A DNA stretch of 63,955 nucleotides, filler included, from Nanobdellota archaeon (lineage in GTDB: Archaea > Nanobdellota > Nanobdellia > B33-G15): the NCBI GenBank assembly GCA_003660925.1. It is 4 parts of 4 records of this genome, joined end to end, with 100 filler letters (N's around TTAATTAATTAA, not from the genome) between each part and the next. Parts side by side here need not be neighbours in the genome. Positions count along the whole stretch, not along the records: positions 40,867 to 59,214 come from QMVD01000009.1; positions 59,315 to 63,955 come from QMVD01000053.1; 2 more parts are not named here. One strand, written 5' to 3'. Below are positions 55,196 through 63,955 of this stretch, in pieces (position 1 is the stretch's first letter; each line of letters opens with the position of its first letter). The translations under genes were made by a program, and so were the position numbers. The notes below the pieces were generated by a model. That model worked only from the letters and a program-made list of their open reading frames with translations, was not told the origin of the DNA and did no database searches.

Positions 55196-56065
55196 TTAAT
55201 AAACCTTCCTGACGATGTACACAAACTCATCCGGGAATTGAAATTTGTCCACAATCTCATATCTCAATTCTTTTATCATCCCCAAGATCTGTTTCTTTTC
55301 CCTGTAGAACACCTTCCTCCTCTTTATCATGGCCCTCACGCTCCCTGATAGGATCAGGTATTCAGCTGGGGCCCACTGGAGGAGCAAGTTCCCTATCCCT
55401 TTATCATACCTCTCCATGGCAGGGATGACCTTCAAGAAGAGGGCAACGTCAAAGTAGGGGAGGGAAGGCCAAACATTCACATTTCGCTTGGTGAACTTGA
55501 ACTCGATCACTTGGCTCCCGGGTTCCAACCGGTTTGAGATGAGCTTCAGATACTTATTATCTAGGATGACATACTTCCTCTTCTTCTCGATCCCAAAGTA
55601 AAGAGGCCTCTTGAGGCCCATAAATGGGATGGAGAAGGGGTTTATGCCGCATCCCACATCTAACAAGTATTTGGGCTCCCCGATGTTCTTCCACATCCTC
55701 TGATAGAAGTCTTTCTGGTTTCCCCTCCTCTCCGTGGAAACATGTTTTGATAACAGCTCCAAGTGAAGTTTCAGGCACTTTTCGGAGAAACCGTTCTCCC
55801 TGTACTCCGAGGCGATTTGAGAAAAGAGGTCCTCCATCTCCTGGACGCTCGCCCTGTCGTATTGCCTCAACAAGTGATAGATCTCCCTCTTGACCTCCTT
55901 CACCACCCTTTTCCACTCCCTTTTCCTCTGAAAATCCCCCCTGAAGAGGTCTCTCTTCAGATTATTCCTCCTCAACACTTCCTCGAACTTCTTTAAGATG
56001 TCTCCTTCTTTCGCCTCTGGATAGGTCCTTTGGACGCGCTCTATCAGCAACTTTTCAGGGTTCAT
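55196..56065 (-). CDS. FmrO/ArmA/Rmt-family 16S rRNA (guanine-N7) methyltransferase homologue
   Basis: HVSTERR (cf. HxSTxER), LLDVGCGINPF (cf. LDIACGLNPL), DVALFLKVIPAMER (cf. DLALIFKLLPLLER), EFVYIVRK (cf. ELIYLIKK), all in the family order. Confidence 0.85.
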   Translation of the reverse strand: MNPEKLLIERVQRTYPEAKEGDILKKFEEVLRRNNLKRDLFRGDFQRKREWKRVVKEVKREIYHLLRQYDRASVQEMEDLFSQIASEYRENGFSEKCLKLHLELLSKHVSTERRGNQKDFYQRMWKNIGEPKYLLDVGCGINPFSIPFMGLKRPLYFGIEKKRKYVILDNKYLKLISNRLEPGSQVIEFKFTKRNVNVWPSLPYFDVALFLKVIPAMERYDKGIGNLLLQWAPAEYLILSGSVRAMIKRRKVFYREKKQILGMIKELRYEIVDKFQFPDEFVYIVRKVY

Positions 56066-56074
56066 TTTAGAAAA

Positions 56075-57502
56075 TTAGCCCTTCACCACCCCAAGGGGCT
56101 TGAGCCTAGCAACGTATCGGGCAATTCCCAGTTCATGGGCCACTCTTGCCACCTCATCCAAGTCCTTATAAGCCCCTGGGGCCTCTTCCGCTGCCACCCT
56201 CCATGATTTTGCCCTGAGGTAAATTCCCCTTTCCCTTAACTCCCTCTTCACTTGTTCTCCCCTGTATTTCCTCGTAGCAGCCATCCTGCTCAACATCCTC
56301 CCAGCACCATGAGGTGCGCTCCCAAAGCTCAATTCCAACGCCTTCTCCCCTCCGACCATGAGCCAAGAACCAGTTCCCATATGTCCTGGGATCAGGACGG
56401 GCTGACCCACTTCCCTGTAGATCTCGGGGACGTTCGGGTGGCCAGGAGGTAAACTCCTAGTAGCCCCTTTTCTGTGCACGTAAACCTTTTTTCTCTCCCC
56501 ATTTATCTCATGTTCCTCTATCTTCGCTATGTTATGGGCCACATCGTAAATTATATCCATCCCTAAATCCTCAGGGCTCTGGTCGAAGACTTTGGAGAAA
56601 CTCTCCCTCACCCAGTGGGTTATCATTTGTCTGTTAGCCCAAGCGAAGTTGGCAGCACATGCCATTGCCTTAAAGTATTGGTCCACTTCCTTAGTCTTAG
56701 CGGGCGCGTACACGAGCTCTCTATCTGGAAGTTTCCTGACCAAGTCATGGAACCTGCTCTCCAACAACTTCAAGTAATCCGTGCAGACCTGATGACCAAA
56801 CCCCCTTGAACCTGTGTGGACCATGATCACTATTTGATCCTCTTCTACTCCGAACGCCTTCGCGACCTTTTGATCGTAAACTCTCTCCACCTTCTCGATT
56901 TCCAAGAAGTGGTTCCCAGCCCCCAAGCTCCCTAATTGAGGGGCCCCCCTCTCTTTTGCCCTCCCACCTATCACGTCCGGATCATTGGGTTCCAAGCAAC
57001 CTCCTTCCTCCAACCTCTCCAGATCTTTTTTCCATCCGTATCCATTCTCCACCGCCCACCTGGCCCCCATCTGAAGGACTTCATTCAGTTGTCCCCTACT
57101 CAACCTCACTTTTCCTCCTACTCCTACTCCAGAGGGGACGTTGACGAACAAGGTTTCTATGAGCTCGATTATATTATCTTTAACATCCCCTACCTTCAAG
57201 TTTGTCCTTATCAATCTCACCCCACAGTTTATGTCAAATCCTATGCCCCCAGGGCTCAGTCCTCCCTCCTCATAATCTAATGCTGCGACCCCTCCGATGG
57301 GGAAGCCGTAACCCTGATGCCCGTCTGGCATGACTAGTGAGTACTTATAAATGCCTGGGAGCGTGGCCACGTTCTTGGCCTGTCTTAGGGTTTCATCCTG
57401 CTGCATCTTCTCCAATAACTTCTCAGAAGCGAATATCCTGGCAGGCACCCTCATCCTTCCCTCCTTCTCGATCTCCCATACGAACTCCTCTACCCTTTTC
57501 AT
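56075..57502 (-). CDS. rtcB: RNA-splicing ligase RtcB
   Basis: MPDGHQGYGFPIG, DINCG, GNHFLE, HTGSRG, HNIAK, HRKGAT, HGAGR, EEAPGAYK. Confidence 0.98.
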   Translation of the reverse strand: MKRVEEFVWEIEKEGRMRVPARIFASEKLLEKMQQDETLRQAKNVATLPGIYKYSLVMPDGHQGYGFPIGGVAALDYEEGGLSPGGIGFDINCGVRLIRTNLKVGDVKDNIIELIETLFVNVPSGVGVGGKVRLSRGQLNEVLQMGARWAVENGYGWKKDLERLEEGGCLEPNDPDVIGGRAKERGAPQLGSLGAGNHFLEIEKVERVYDQKVAKAFGVEEDQIVIMVHTGSRGFGHQVCTDYLKLLESRFHDLVRKLPDRELVYAPAKTKEVDQYFKAMACAANFAWANRQMITHWVRESFSKVFDQSPEDLGMDIIYDVAHNIAKIEEHEINGERKKVYVHRKGATRSLPPGHPNVPEIYREVGQPVLIPGHMGTGSWLMVGGEKALELSFGSAPHGAGRMLSRMAATRKYRGEQVKRELRERGIYLRAKSWRVAAEEAPGAYKDLDEVARVAHELGIARYVARLKPLGVVKG

Positions 57503-57553
57503 GAGGTATTCAACTCTAGAAAGCCTTTTAAACCTTTGCGACTAAACTTTTTT

Positions 57554-58564
57554 GTGATAACTCTAGAGAAGTTAAAAGAAGTCCAGAGGAAGATGAAGAG
57601 AGAGAAACTGGATTACCTCTTGGCTTTTGATCCGACCTCCATAGCTTACATAAGTGGCATCCCTCTCTCCCTCTCCACTTCTCCTGTCCCTGCTCTTGCC
57701 ATCATACCGTCCAAGGGAAAGATAGAACTCAGATTGTATGAGGGGGATTGGGACAAAGCCCATATAGATGAGAGGACGACGGAACTCGCCCCTTCGAATT
57801 GGGAAGTTTCCTTGGAAGGGGAGATAGGGGTGGAAAGCTTCGTCCCAGCTTATCTCTTGGAGCACGAGTACTATAAGAAGTTGGAGATGAAGCCCGTCAA
57901 AATTCTCGCGGAGAGCATGAGGAGGAAGACGAAAGAGGAAATAGACCTCATGAGAGAGGCAGGAGAGCAAGTGGATGAGTTGATAGAATTCGCGATGGGC
58001 AACTTAGACCTCCCCGAACAGAACTTAGCTTACCTCCTCATGAGCCACTGCGAGATGGGCGGGATGAAGCACTGGCCCCCTCCAATCGTCTCGTATGATG
58101 AAAACTCCGCGAGGATGAGAAGGGGAAAATTGGACATGCATCCTGAACTTACTGAGAAAGAATTCGAAAAGCACGTGCTTTTGGACATCTACCCCTGTTA
58201 TAGAGGGTATCATGTAGATGCGTCTTTCACGTATTCGAAGATCCCTGAAGTCGTGGAGAAAGTCATCCCGAAAGTCCGGGAAACCCTTGAGGAACTCGTG
58301 GACATGGCAACGCCAGGCACACCAGTCAAAGAATTTCAGATGATCGCTGAGGAGAAGTTGGGAGAAAAGATGAGACATGGTGTGATTCATGGTATAGGTG
58401 TCCTCTTGCACGAGCCCTTGGGGGCAACCTTGGAAAAAGGGAATGTGGTGGCCATCGAGCCCGCCATTTATATAGAAAACAAGTATGGGGTTAGGTTGGA
58501 AACGACCGTGGTTGTGGATGACGTGCCCGAAGTCCTGATCCAAGCACCTTTCATTTGGACTTAG
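57554..58564 (+). CDS. M24-family (Xaa-Pro) peptidase
   Basis: Reads on the + strand (TTG 57536 or GTG 57554 to TAG 58564), although the supplied track labels it '-'. Creatinase-like N-domain, LDIYPCYRGYHVD, HGIGVLLHE, IEPAIY, GVRLE. Confidence 0.88.
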   Translation: MITLEKLKEVQRKMKREKLDYLLAFDPTSIAYISGIPLSLSTSPVPALAIIPSKGKIELRLYEGDWDKAHIDERTTELAPSNWEVSLEGEIGVESFVPAYLLEHEYYKKLEMKPVKILAESMRRKTKEEIDLMREAGEQVDELIEFAMGNLDLPEQNLAYLLMSHCEMGGMKHWPPPIVSYDENSARMRRGKLDMHPELTEKEFEKHVLLDIYPCYRGYHVDASFTYSKIPEVVEKVIPKVRETLEELVDMATPGTPVKEFQMIAEEKLGEKMRHGVIHGIGVLLHEPLGATLEKGNVVAIEPAIYIENKYGVRLETTVVVDDVPEVLIQAPFIWT

Positions 58565-58971
58565 AGATCTAGGACAACTCTCGCGAATTTCTTACCTCTT
58601 TCCTCCCAAGTCTTGAGGTTGTGGTAGGTGACCGCCTTCACTAATCCTCCCGCTTCGTGTTTTTTCGGGTCAAACCTCTCGCCGTAACACTTACAACGAA
58701 GCCTCGTATCTTCTATCTCTAACTTAAATTCCTTGAAGATCAAGTTTTCAGTCTCAAATATATACAACAGCTCGTCAAGGAAATCGTGAAGTAGGTCTTC
58801 CCTAGACTTTGCTTTCAGCTCTATTTCCTTTTCGATTTTCCCTTCCACTCTTTTTAGGTCACACATTATGCTCAGCATGGCCTTGGCGCTCTCCGAGAAG
58901 ACCTCCTCCCAAGAATTTCCCTCGGCGATGAACTCAGCATCCGCGGTGTGGGGTAGATATCTAAAAGGCAT
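58561..58971 (-). CDS. Archease
   Basis: FRYLPHTAD, FLDELLY, VKAVTYH, VLDL. Confidence 0.96.
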   Translation of the reverse strand: MPFRYLPHTADAEFIAEGNSWEEVFSESAKAMLSIMCDLKRVEGKIEKEIELKAKSREDLLHDFLDELLYIFETENLIFKEFKLEIEDTRLRCKCYGERFDPKKHEAGGLVKAVTYHNLKTWEERGKKFARVVLDL

Positions 58972-58984
58972 GGAGAAGAGTAGG

Positions 58985-59214
58985 TCAGGCGGGTTGATAA
59001 GCCTTTCTCTCTTTTTCTAAGTAACTGAGCAACCTCTTCCTCACAGCACTTGGGGAAAATCTCCTCGGCATCGTGGACTTGCAAGACTCAAAGCGTTTGA
59101 AGTCCGTGGCGCCGATTTCACTTATTTTTCGCTTAAATTCCTCCCATTCTTCCTCTGGAAGGGAAATAACCTCTTCCGAGAGCTCCCTGACGAGCCTAGA
59201 GGGAGGATCTGCCA
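58985..59214 (-). CDS. 3' end of a hypothetical protein cut by the contig end
   Basis: Open frame ADPPSRLVRELSEEV...LEKERKAYQPA* runs from the linker to TGA at 58985. Confidence 0.55.
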
Positions 59215-59314
59215 NNNNNNNNNNNNNNNNNNNNNNNNNNNNNNNNNNNNNNNNNNNNTTAATTAATTAANNNNNNNNNNNNNNNNNNNNNNNNNNNNNN
59301 NNNNNNNNNNNNNN
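59215..59314. other. Artificial contig linker
   Basis: N-TTAATTAATTAA-N. Confidence 0.98.
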
Positions 59315-60127
59315 AGGAGACGCAGATAGGTCGAGGACGATGTGGTTCACCCTTGGCCCGAACCTCTTGATCTTGGTGATCTTCTCCACCTCTATGTGTT
59401 TTCCCACTTCCCTTCCGAGCTCTTTCAACTCCTCGACGATGGAATCGTATCCCTTATCCATGTCATAGACAGTATGATAGTAAATCTTTCCTTCCTCTAA
59501 AGTCATCAAGGCGTGTTTGAAGCAATGTTTCGGGTTGGGCAACAAGCCCATGATCACTTCATCCACTTGGAACTTCTCCTTCTCTATCACCTCCCTTGCA
59601 TCCCCAAGGAAAGGTATAACCTTAGAATTTAATCCGTTCAGCTTTATGTTCTCCTTTAAATAATGAAAAGCAACGGGATTCTTCTCTATTGCGTAGACAC
59701 TCTTCACCTTCTCATTTTTTCCAGCAGGTATGGAAAAGTAGCCTATTCCTGCGAACATGTCCAAGACCACACCCCTCGTCACTTCTTTCATCCTGATCCT
59801 TTCTTTGATGTTCCCCTTACAGAACATGACCTTCGAAACATCTAATTTGAATAAGCACTCATTTTCCTTGTGTACGGTTTCCGTCCCGTCGCCGGCTATC
59901 ACCTCGATGTTCGGGACCCTGAACTCCTCCCTTATCCTTCCCTTGTTCAGACAGACCGTCTTGAACTTCGGTAGAAACTCTAACGTCTTTTCCCCGATTT
60001 CCTCCTTGTATTTCCAGAGTTCCTTCGGCAAGTTCAGGATTATCACATCACCGACCTTCTGATAACCATTCGGCAATAGTTCTTGACTTATCCCCAATTC
60101 CTCGCTTATGAATTCCTTCCACCTCAT
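59315..60127 (-). CDS. Trm5/Tyw2 family SAM-dependent tRNA modification enzyme, Taw2-like
   Basis: GDV, ETVHKEN, DVSKVMF, GNIKER, DMFAGIGYF, EKNP, VIMG (Taw2-type), HIVLD. Near-complete at the contig end. Confidence 0.85.
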
Positions 60128-60888
60128 TTCCTCAAGTCGTAGACTACCCTGAACAACCTTGGGGCGACCTCTCCACACTTCCTCTTCCCGAGCACTTCTA
60201 AGTCGAATTCCTTTTCCTCTCCCTCCTTCTCGAAGGTGTAGAGGTGAATTATCCCTCCCTTCTTGACCGCCTTTTTCGCGACCGGAAGGTATTCGAGAGA
60301 ACCCTTTGGATAGTTCATTATGATCCTGTCCATCTCGCTGATTTTTTCTCTCTCCACGACTTCCTTACAGTCCCCTTCATATATCTTCAGCTCGACGTGA
60401 TTCAACTTCGCGTTCTCCCTTAAGTATTTGACAGCCCAAGGGTTTATGTCAATGGCCGTCACATCGGCTTTTTTAGCGATGGGTATGGAAAAGGGGCCCA
60501 CACCAGCGAACATATCCAAGACCTTCTCCCCTTCCTTAACCAATCCTATCACTCTCTTCCTCTCGCTTTGCATCCTCGGGGTGAAGAAGACCTTCGAGAC
60601 GTCTAGCTTGAACAGACAATTATTCTCCTTATGAATCGTTTCGGTTCCATTCCCCCATATGACTTCTATCCTTGGAATCCTCTCTTCATTCTCTATCTTT
60701 CCGATCTTGTTACACACGGTTTTCACGCGCTTGTGGATCTTAACGATAGCCTCTGCCACGACTTCTTTTTTCTCGAAATCTTCTGGAAGTTGGACGATGG
60801 CTATGTCTCCTACCAGGTCAAATCCCCTGTGAACTAGTTCGAGCTCTTCCTCGCTCAATTTTCCTTTCAAAAGTTCTTTTAACTCCAT
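60124..60888 (-). CDS. Trm5-family tRNA (m1G37) methyltransferase-like protein
   Basis: FDLVGDIAI, ETIHKEN, KVFFTPR..ER, DMFAGVGPF, DINP, RIIMNYP (Trm5-type). Confidence 0.87.
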   Translation of the reverse strand: MELKELLKGKLSEEELELVHRGFDLVGDIAIVQLPEDFEKKEVVAEAIVKIHKRVKTVCNKIGKIENEERIPRIEVIWGNGTETIHKENNCLFKLDVSKVFFTPRMQSERKRVIGLVKEGEKVLDMFAGVGPFSIPIAKKADVTAIDINPWAVKYLRENAKLNHVELKIYEGDCKEVVEREKISEMDRIIMNYPKGSLEYLPVAKKAVKKGGIIHLYTFEKEGEEKEFDLEVLGKRKCGEVAPRLFRVVYDLRK

Positions 60889-60891
60889 GAA

Positions 60892-62115
60892 CTATTCCCA
60901 ATACTTGGACTCTAAAAGCCTTTTTCTCAGCTTCGTATCCACGATAGGCCAGATGATGTCGGATTTTATCACAGCCTCGTTGTTCACCCTCACGAAGGGC
61001 CATATCCTAGAATGAGAGAGTATCCTTGCATCCTCTCCTATCTCACTCCCGAATCCTATGATGCTGAAATCCTCTATCCTCGCATCATCCCCTATCTTTA
61101 CTTCCCCATCTATCACGCAGTTCAACGTCCTCACATATTCTCCCACTTCCACCCTCTCGAACACGATGGAACCTTCTATCATGCTTCCTTCCCCTATCTT
61201 CGAATCGTGCATGATGTGGGTATAAGGACCGATTATGGCATTCTTACCTATCTCGACGTTCTCCTCTATGATGGCAGGCCCCTTTATCCTGACGCCTTCT
61301 TCTATTCTTACATCATCCTTGATCACGATCCCATTTCCCACCAACTTCGCGTTCACCTCCGCTTCCTTACTCACATTCCCCTTCACGTAATTCATGGCTA
61401 TCTTGTTGGTCTCTATGTATGTCTTGGGTTTCCCTATATCCCCCCAATGTCCCTTAAATTCCGTTCCCATCAAGAACAAACGATCAGCGTAATGCTGCCA
61501 CAGCTCGCCAGGAATGTCTGGTCTCAGGCCCATCCTTATCCTGCTCTCTATGTATTCCGGCAAGTACTTCTCCAAGAACTCCTTGTTAATGGCGTAGACC
61601 ATGGTGCTCGCTAACCTGCTCCTCGCCTCTTCCACCTTCGGCTTCTCTTGGAACCCCACTATCCTGTCCCCTTCTAAGACAGCAATCCCATAATATTTCA
61701 CCAGACTTTTGTCCTCCAGCCAGAAGAGGGCGATGTTCGCGTGAGGCTTCTTCTCCTTATAGTTCTTGACGAACTCTTTCATGTCCAACCCATATAACCA
61801 ATTGTCACCCCCAACCACCACGTAATCATCCATCCCAGCCTGGTTCACCGCATAATGTATTGCCCTTATCGCCCCGAACTTATCGGAGTCGTAATTGGTG
61901 GGCTCGAGGACGAACTTGTACCCCTTCAAGAACTCCTTCATCTTCTTCTGCTTCTCATTCGCGGATATGATGATCTCATCCACAACACCTTTTAGCAGAT
62001 CGATGATGTAAGTTATGTTGGCCTTCCCCCCTACAGGGAGCAACGCCTTTGGCGTCCTCAAGGTGAGAGGCTCAAGCCTCGTTCCATATCCTCCCACCAA
62101 GATCAGACCCTTCAT
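60892..62115 (-). CDS. Sugar-phosphate nucleotidyltransferase with left-handed beta-helix domain
   Basis: GGYGTRLEPLT..PKALLP, GDN, YG, EKP, WGDIG, followed by hexapeptide repeats. Confidence 0.92.
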   Translation of the reverse strand: MKGLILVGGYGTRLEPLTLRTPKALLPVGGKANITYIIDLLKGVVDEIIISANEKQKKMKEFLKGYKFVLEPTNYDSDKFGAIRAIHYAVNQAGMDDYVVVGGDNWLYGLDMKEFVKNYKEKKPHANIALFWLEDKSLVKYYGIAVLEGDRIVGFQEKPKVEEARSRLASTMVYAINKEFLEKYLPEYIESRIRMGLRPDIPGELWQHYADRLFLMGTEFKGHWGDIGKPKTYIETNKIAMNYVKGNVSKEAEVNAKLVGNGIVIKDDVRIEEGVRIKGPAIIEENVEIGKNAIIGPYTHIMHDSKIGEGSMIEGSIVFERVEVGEYVRTLNCVIDGEVKIGDDARIEDFSIIGFGSEIGEDARILSHSRIWPFVRVNNEAVIKSDIIWPIVDTKLRKRLLESKYWE

Positions 62116-63365
62116 TTTAGTAGCTTCAAGAACTCCTTCTTCAATTGCTCGAATCTTTTTTTGCTCTTGGCCTCGATGGTGAGCCTTATCACAGGTTCCG
62201 TGTTACTCGGTCTTATGAGGACCCAAGCATCTTCGAATTCTACTTTTATACCATCCATCAAGTTCAATTCGTACTCCTTCTCCAATCTCTTCTTCAATTT
62301 CTCCATGGTCTTCTTCCTGTCCCTCACCTTGAACTTGAACCTCTTTTTGTAATACTTTGGGAGCTTCTTCCTGAAGGAGGAAAGGGACACGTCCAACTCA
62401 CTCGCAAGGGCGAAGCTGACCAGAACACCATCATCGAAGTAGGAATACTTGGTGATGATGAAGTGGCCAGAGCTTTCCACCCCCATATCTGCCCTCTTCT
62501 CCCTGCAGGCCCTCGTGACGTACGGATGGCCCACGGGGACTCTATAAACTTCAGCGTCCGGTAAAGCCTCCTCCAAGAGCATGGAGCAATCTATGTTTGC
62601 CACTATCCTAGGAGCATGCATCTCCCTTGCCAAGTAAACTGCCACTTCCTCTGGAGACAAGAACTTTCCCTCATCATCGAGGAAGACGACCCTGTCCCCA
62701 TCACCATCATAAGCCACTCCGAGGTCCTTCCCTTTCATGGCCCCCTTCAGCTTCCCCAACGCCTCTGGGACGGGTTCGGGATTTCTGACCTTCAGATAAG
62801 GGTCTGGCCTCTCGTGGAGGAAACCCACATGCTCGCATATCTTTCTCCACACCTTTGGCACGTACAGCGTGGTCGCACCTCCCCCGAAGTCAACGACCAC
62901 CTTCTTATCTGACTTAAAGTTCTCGAGCACGAAGTCCATGTATTCCTCACTTCTGTCTATGTTCCATACCTTTCCTCTCTTCCTGGGCTTTGCCCTCTCG
63001 AACCACTCATAGACCTCTTGAAGTTCTTCGACGGAAAAACCCGTACCATCCGGATGATAGAACTTCAGGCCATTGAAATTATAAGGAAGGTGAGAGGCTG
63101 TTATGTACAAACATTCCCTCCCTGCCTTGAAGGCGTTGAACCAAGCCAACCCAAAGTGGGAAGGAGGGGCCACCAACACATCAACACCGTTTTGAGTCAA
63201 ACCACTTATCAACGCGTTTTGCAGGGATTCCCCGCTAGGCCTCAAATCCCGAGAGACAACAACTCTTTTCCACTTCACTCCAACGGCAATCCCTATCTGT
63301 TCCATCACCTTCTCATTCAGTTCTTTTGGGTATTTCCCTCGAATGTCGTATCTTAAAAATATCAT
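62112..63365 (-). CDS. Phosphomannomutase/phosphoglucomutase
   Basis: YDIRG, TASH, NGLK, DGDGDR, ESSGH, RPSNTEP. Confidence 0.95.
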   Translation of the reverse strand: MIFLRYDIRGKYPKELNEKVMEQIGIAVGVKWKRVVVSRDLRPSGESLQNALISGLTQNGVDVLVAPPSHFGLAWFNAFKAGRECLYITASHLPYNFNGLKFYHPDGTGFSVEELQEVYEWFERAKPRKRGKVWNIDRSEEYMDFVLENFKSDKKVVVDFGGGATTLYVPKVWRKICEHVGFLHERPDPYLKVRNPEPVPEALGKLKGAMKGKDLGVAYDGDGDRVVFLDDEGKFLSPEEVAVYLAREMHAPRIVANIDCSMLLEEALPDAEVYRVPVGHPYVTRACREKRADMGVESSGHFIITKYSYFDDGVLVSFALASELDVSLSSFRKKLPKYYKKRFKFKVRDRKKTMEKLKKRLEKEYELNLMDGIKVEFEDAWVLIRPSNTEPVIRLTIEAKSKKRFEQLKKEFLKLLK

Positions 63366-63955
63366 ACTTCAATCCACCTCCCCGGGAAGACGTAACCATA
63401 GACCTTACATTCTTCAACGAACTCTGGTATAACTTCCCTCTCAAAACTCCCTCTACACCTTTCGACCACTTCTGGCTCTATGAGGAAGATGCCAGTGCTC
63501 ACTATGTTCGAAACCACCTCTTTCGGCTTCTCAACGAATTTTACCACCTTGTTCCCCTCAAGCAGAACATTACCGTACTTTTTCGCTTCAGGTAAAGACT
63601 TTAAGGCGATGGTTATCATCGCCCCACTCTTCTTGTGAAATTGATAGAACTTCTCCAAATCTATCTCGGCGTAGTTGTCCCCATATATCACCAAGCACGT
63701 CTCATCTATGAAGTACTTGGCATTGCCTATTGCTCCTCCAGTCCCTAAAGGCTTTTCTTCCTCAACGTAACTCAAACTCATCCCAAACATCCTTCCATCT
63801 CCGAATTTCTCCTTTATCCTCCTCCCCCTCTTATCAAGGGCTATGAGCACTTTTTCCACGCCATACTTCTTCAGCAAGGAGAAGTTCCACTCGAGGACAC
63901 TCTTTCCATCCACTTCTCTCAAACATCTCTCCCCTCCACTCCCGCCAGCCAACAC
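63362..63955 (-). CDS. Nucleotidyltransferase family protein, 5' part outside window
   Basis: LAGG, EEKPLGTGG, YGD, YG, FVEKP, W near the C-terminus. Confidence 0.88.
   Translation of the reverse strand: MLAGGSGGERCLREVDGKSVLEWNFSLLKKYGVEKVLIALDKRGRRIKEKFGDGRMFGMSLSYVEEEKPLGTGGAIGNAKYFIDETCLVIYGDNYAEIDLEKFYQFHKKSGAMITIALKSLPEAKKYGNVLLEGNKVVKFVEKPKEVVSNIVSTGIFLIEPEVVERCRGSFEREVIPEFVEECKVYGYVFPGRWIEV

Noticed and set aside
57536..58564. ORF track entry giving the M24 peptidase on the minus strand
   Set aside because: The listed protein translates from the + strand (TTG CGA CTA AAC... to TAG at 58562-58564). Annotated as +.
19933..58971. Apparent RNA repair/splicing supercluster (rtcA, rtcB, archease, plus endA)
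   Set aside because: The genes lie on different contigs separated by linkers, so physical clustering cannot be claimed.
1..63955. CRISPR arrays, transposases, integrases, rRNA genes
   Set aside because: No regularly spaced repeats, recombinase or transposase motifs, or rRNA-like stretches were seen. Nearly all sequence is accounted for by CDSs and tRNAs.

Overview
This is a compact archaeal genome region, built from four contigs joined by artificial 100-bp N/TTAATTAATTAA linkers (20775-20874, 40767-40866, 59215-59314), so adjacency across a linker is not biological. Dense gene overlaps, shortened ribosomal proteins and AMP phosphorylase plus R15P isomerase suggest a DPANN-like lineage, but that is inference. 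Contig 1 (1-20774) is housekeeping. It holds rpoE', ppa, endA, leuS, EF-1beta, pth2, rtcA and three tRNAs, two of which have introns: Trp with a C/D-box-like intron and Arg(UCU) with a non-canonical T-loop 59/60 intron. It also holds a TadC-like platform protein with small pilin-like genes and a RimK ligase + retropepsin-like protease + M14 peptidase set. Contig 2 (20875-40766) is a ~20 kb envelope-modification cluster beside tRNA-Gly. It has four B12-binding radical SAM genes (two cut by linkers), a SPASM/twitch-type radical SAM, a DegT aminotransferase, a PaaK/CapK-like ligase, an SDR, a methyltransferase and five tandem GT-C-type glycosyltransferases. One GT-C is PIG-B/ALG9 (GT22)-like and one is fused to a GT2. 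Contig 3 (40867-59214) is the S10-spc ribosomal protein superoperon, preceded by archease, an inverted M24 peptidase, rtcB, an ArmA/RmtB (FmrO)-like 16S rRNA m7G1405 methyltransferase homologue and an orphan. Contig 4 has tandem Trm5/Taw2-type genes and sugar-nucleotide genes. All calls come from motif recognition by eye; no searches were run.
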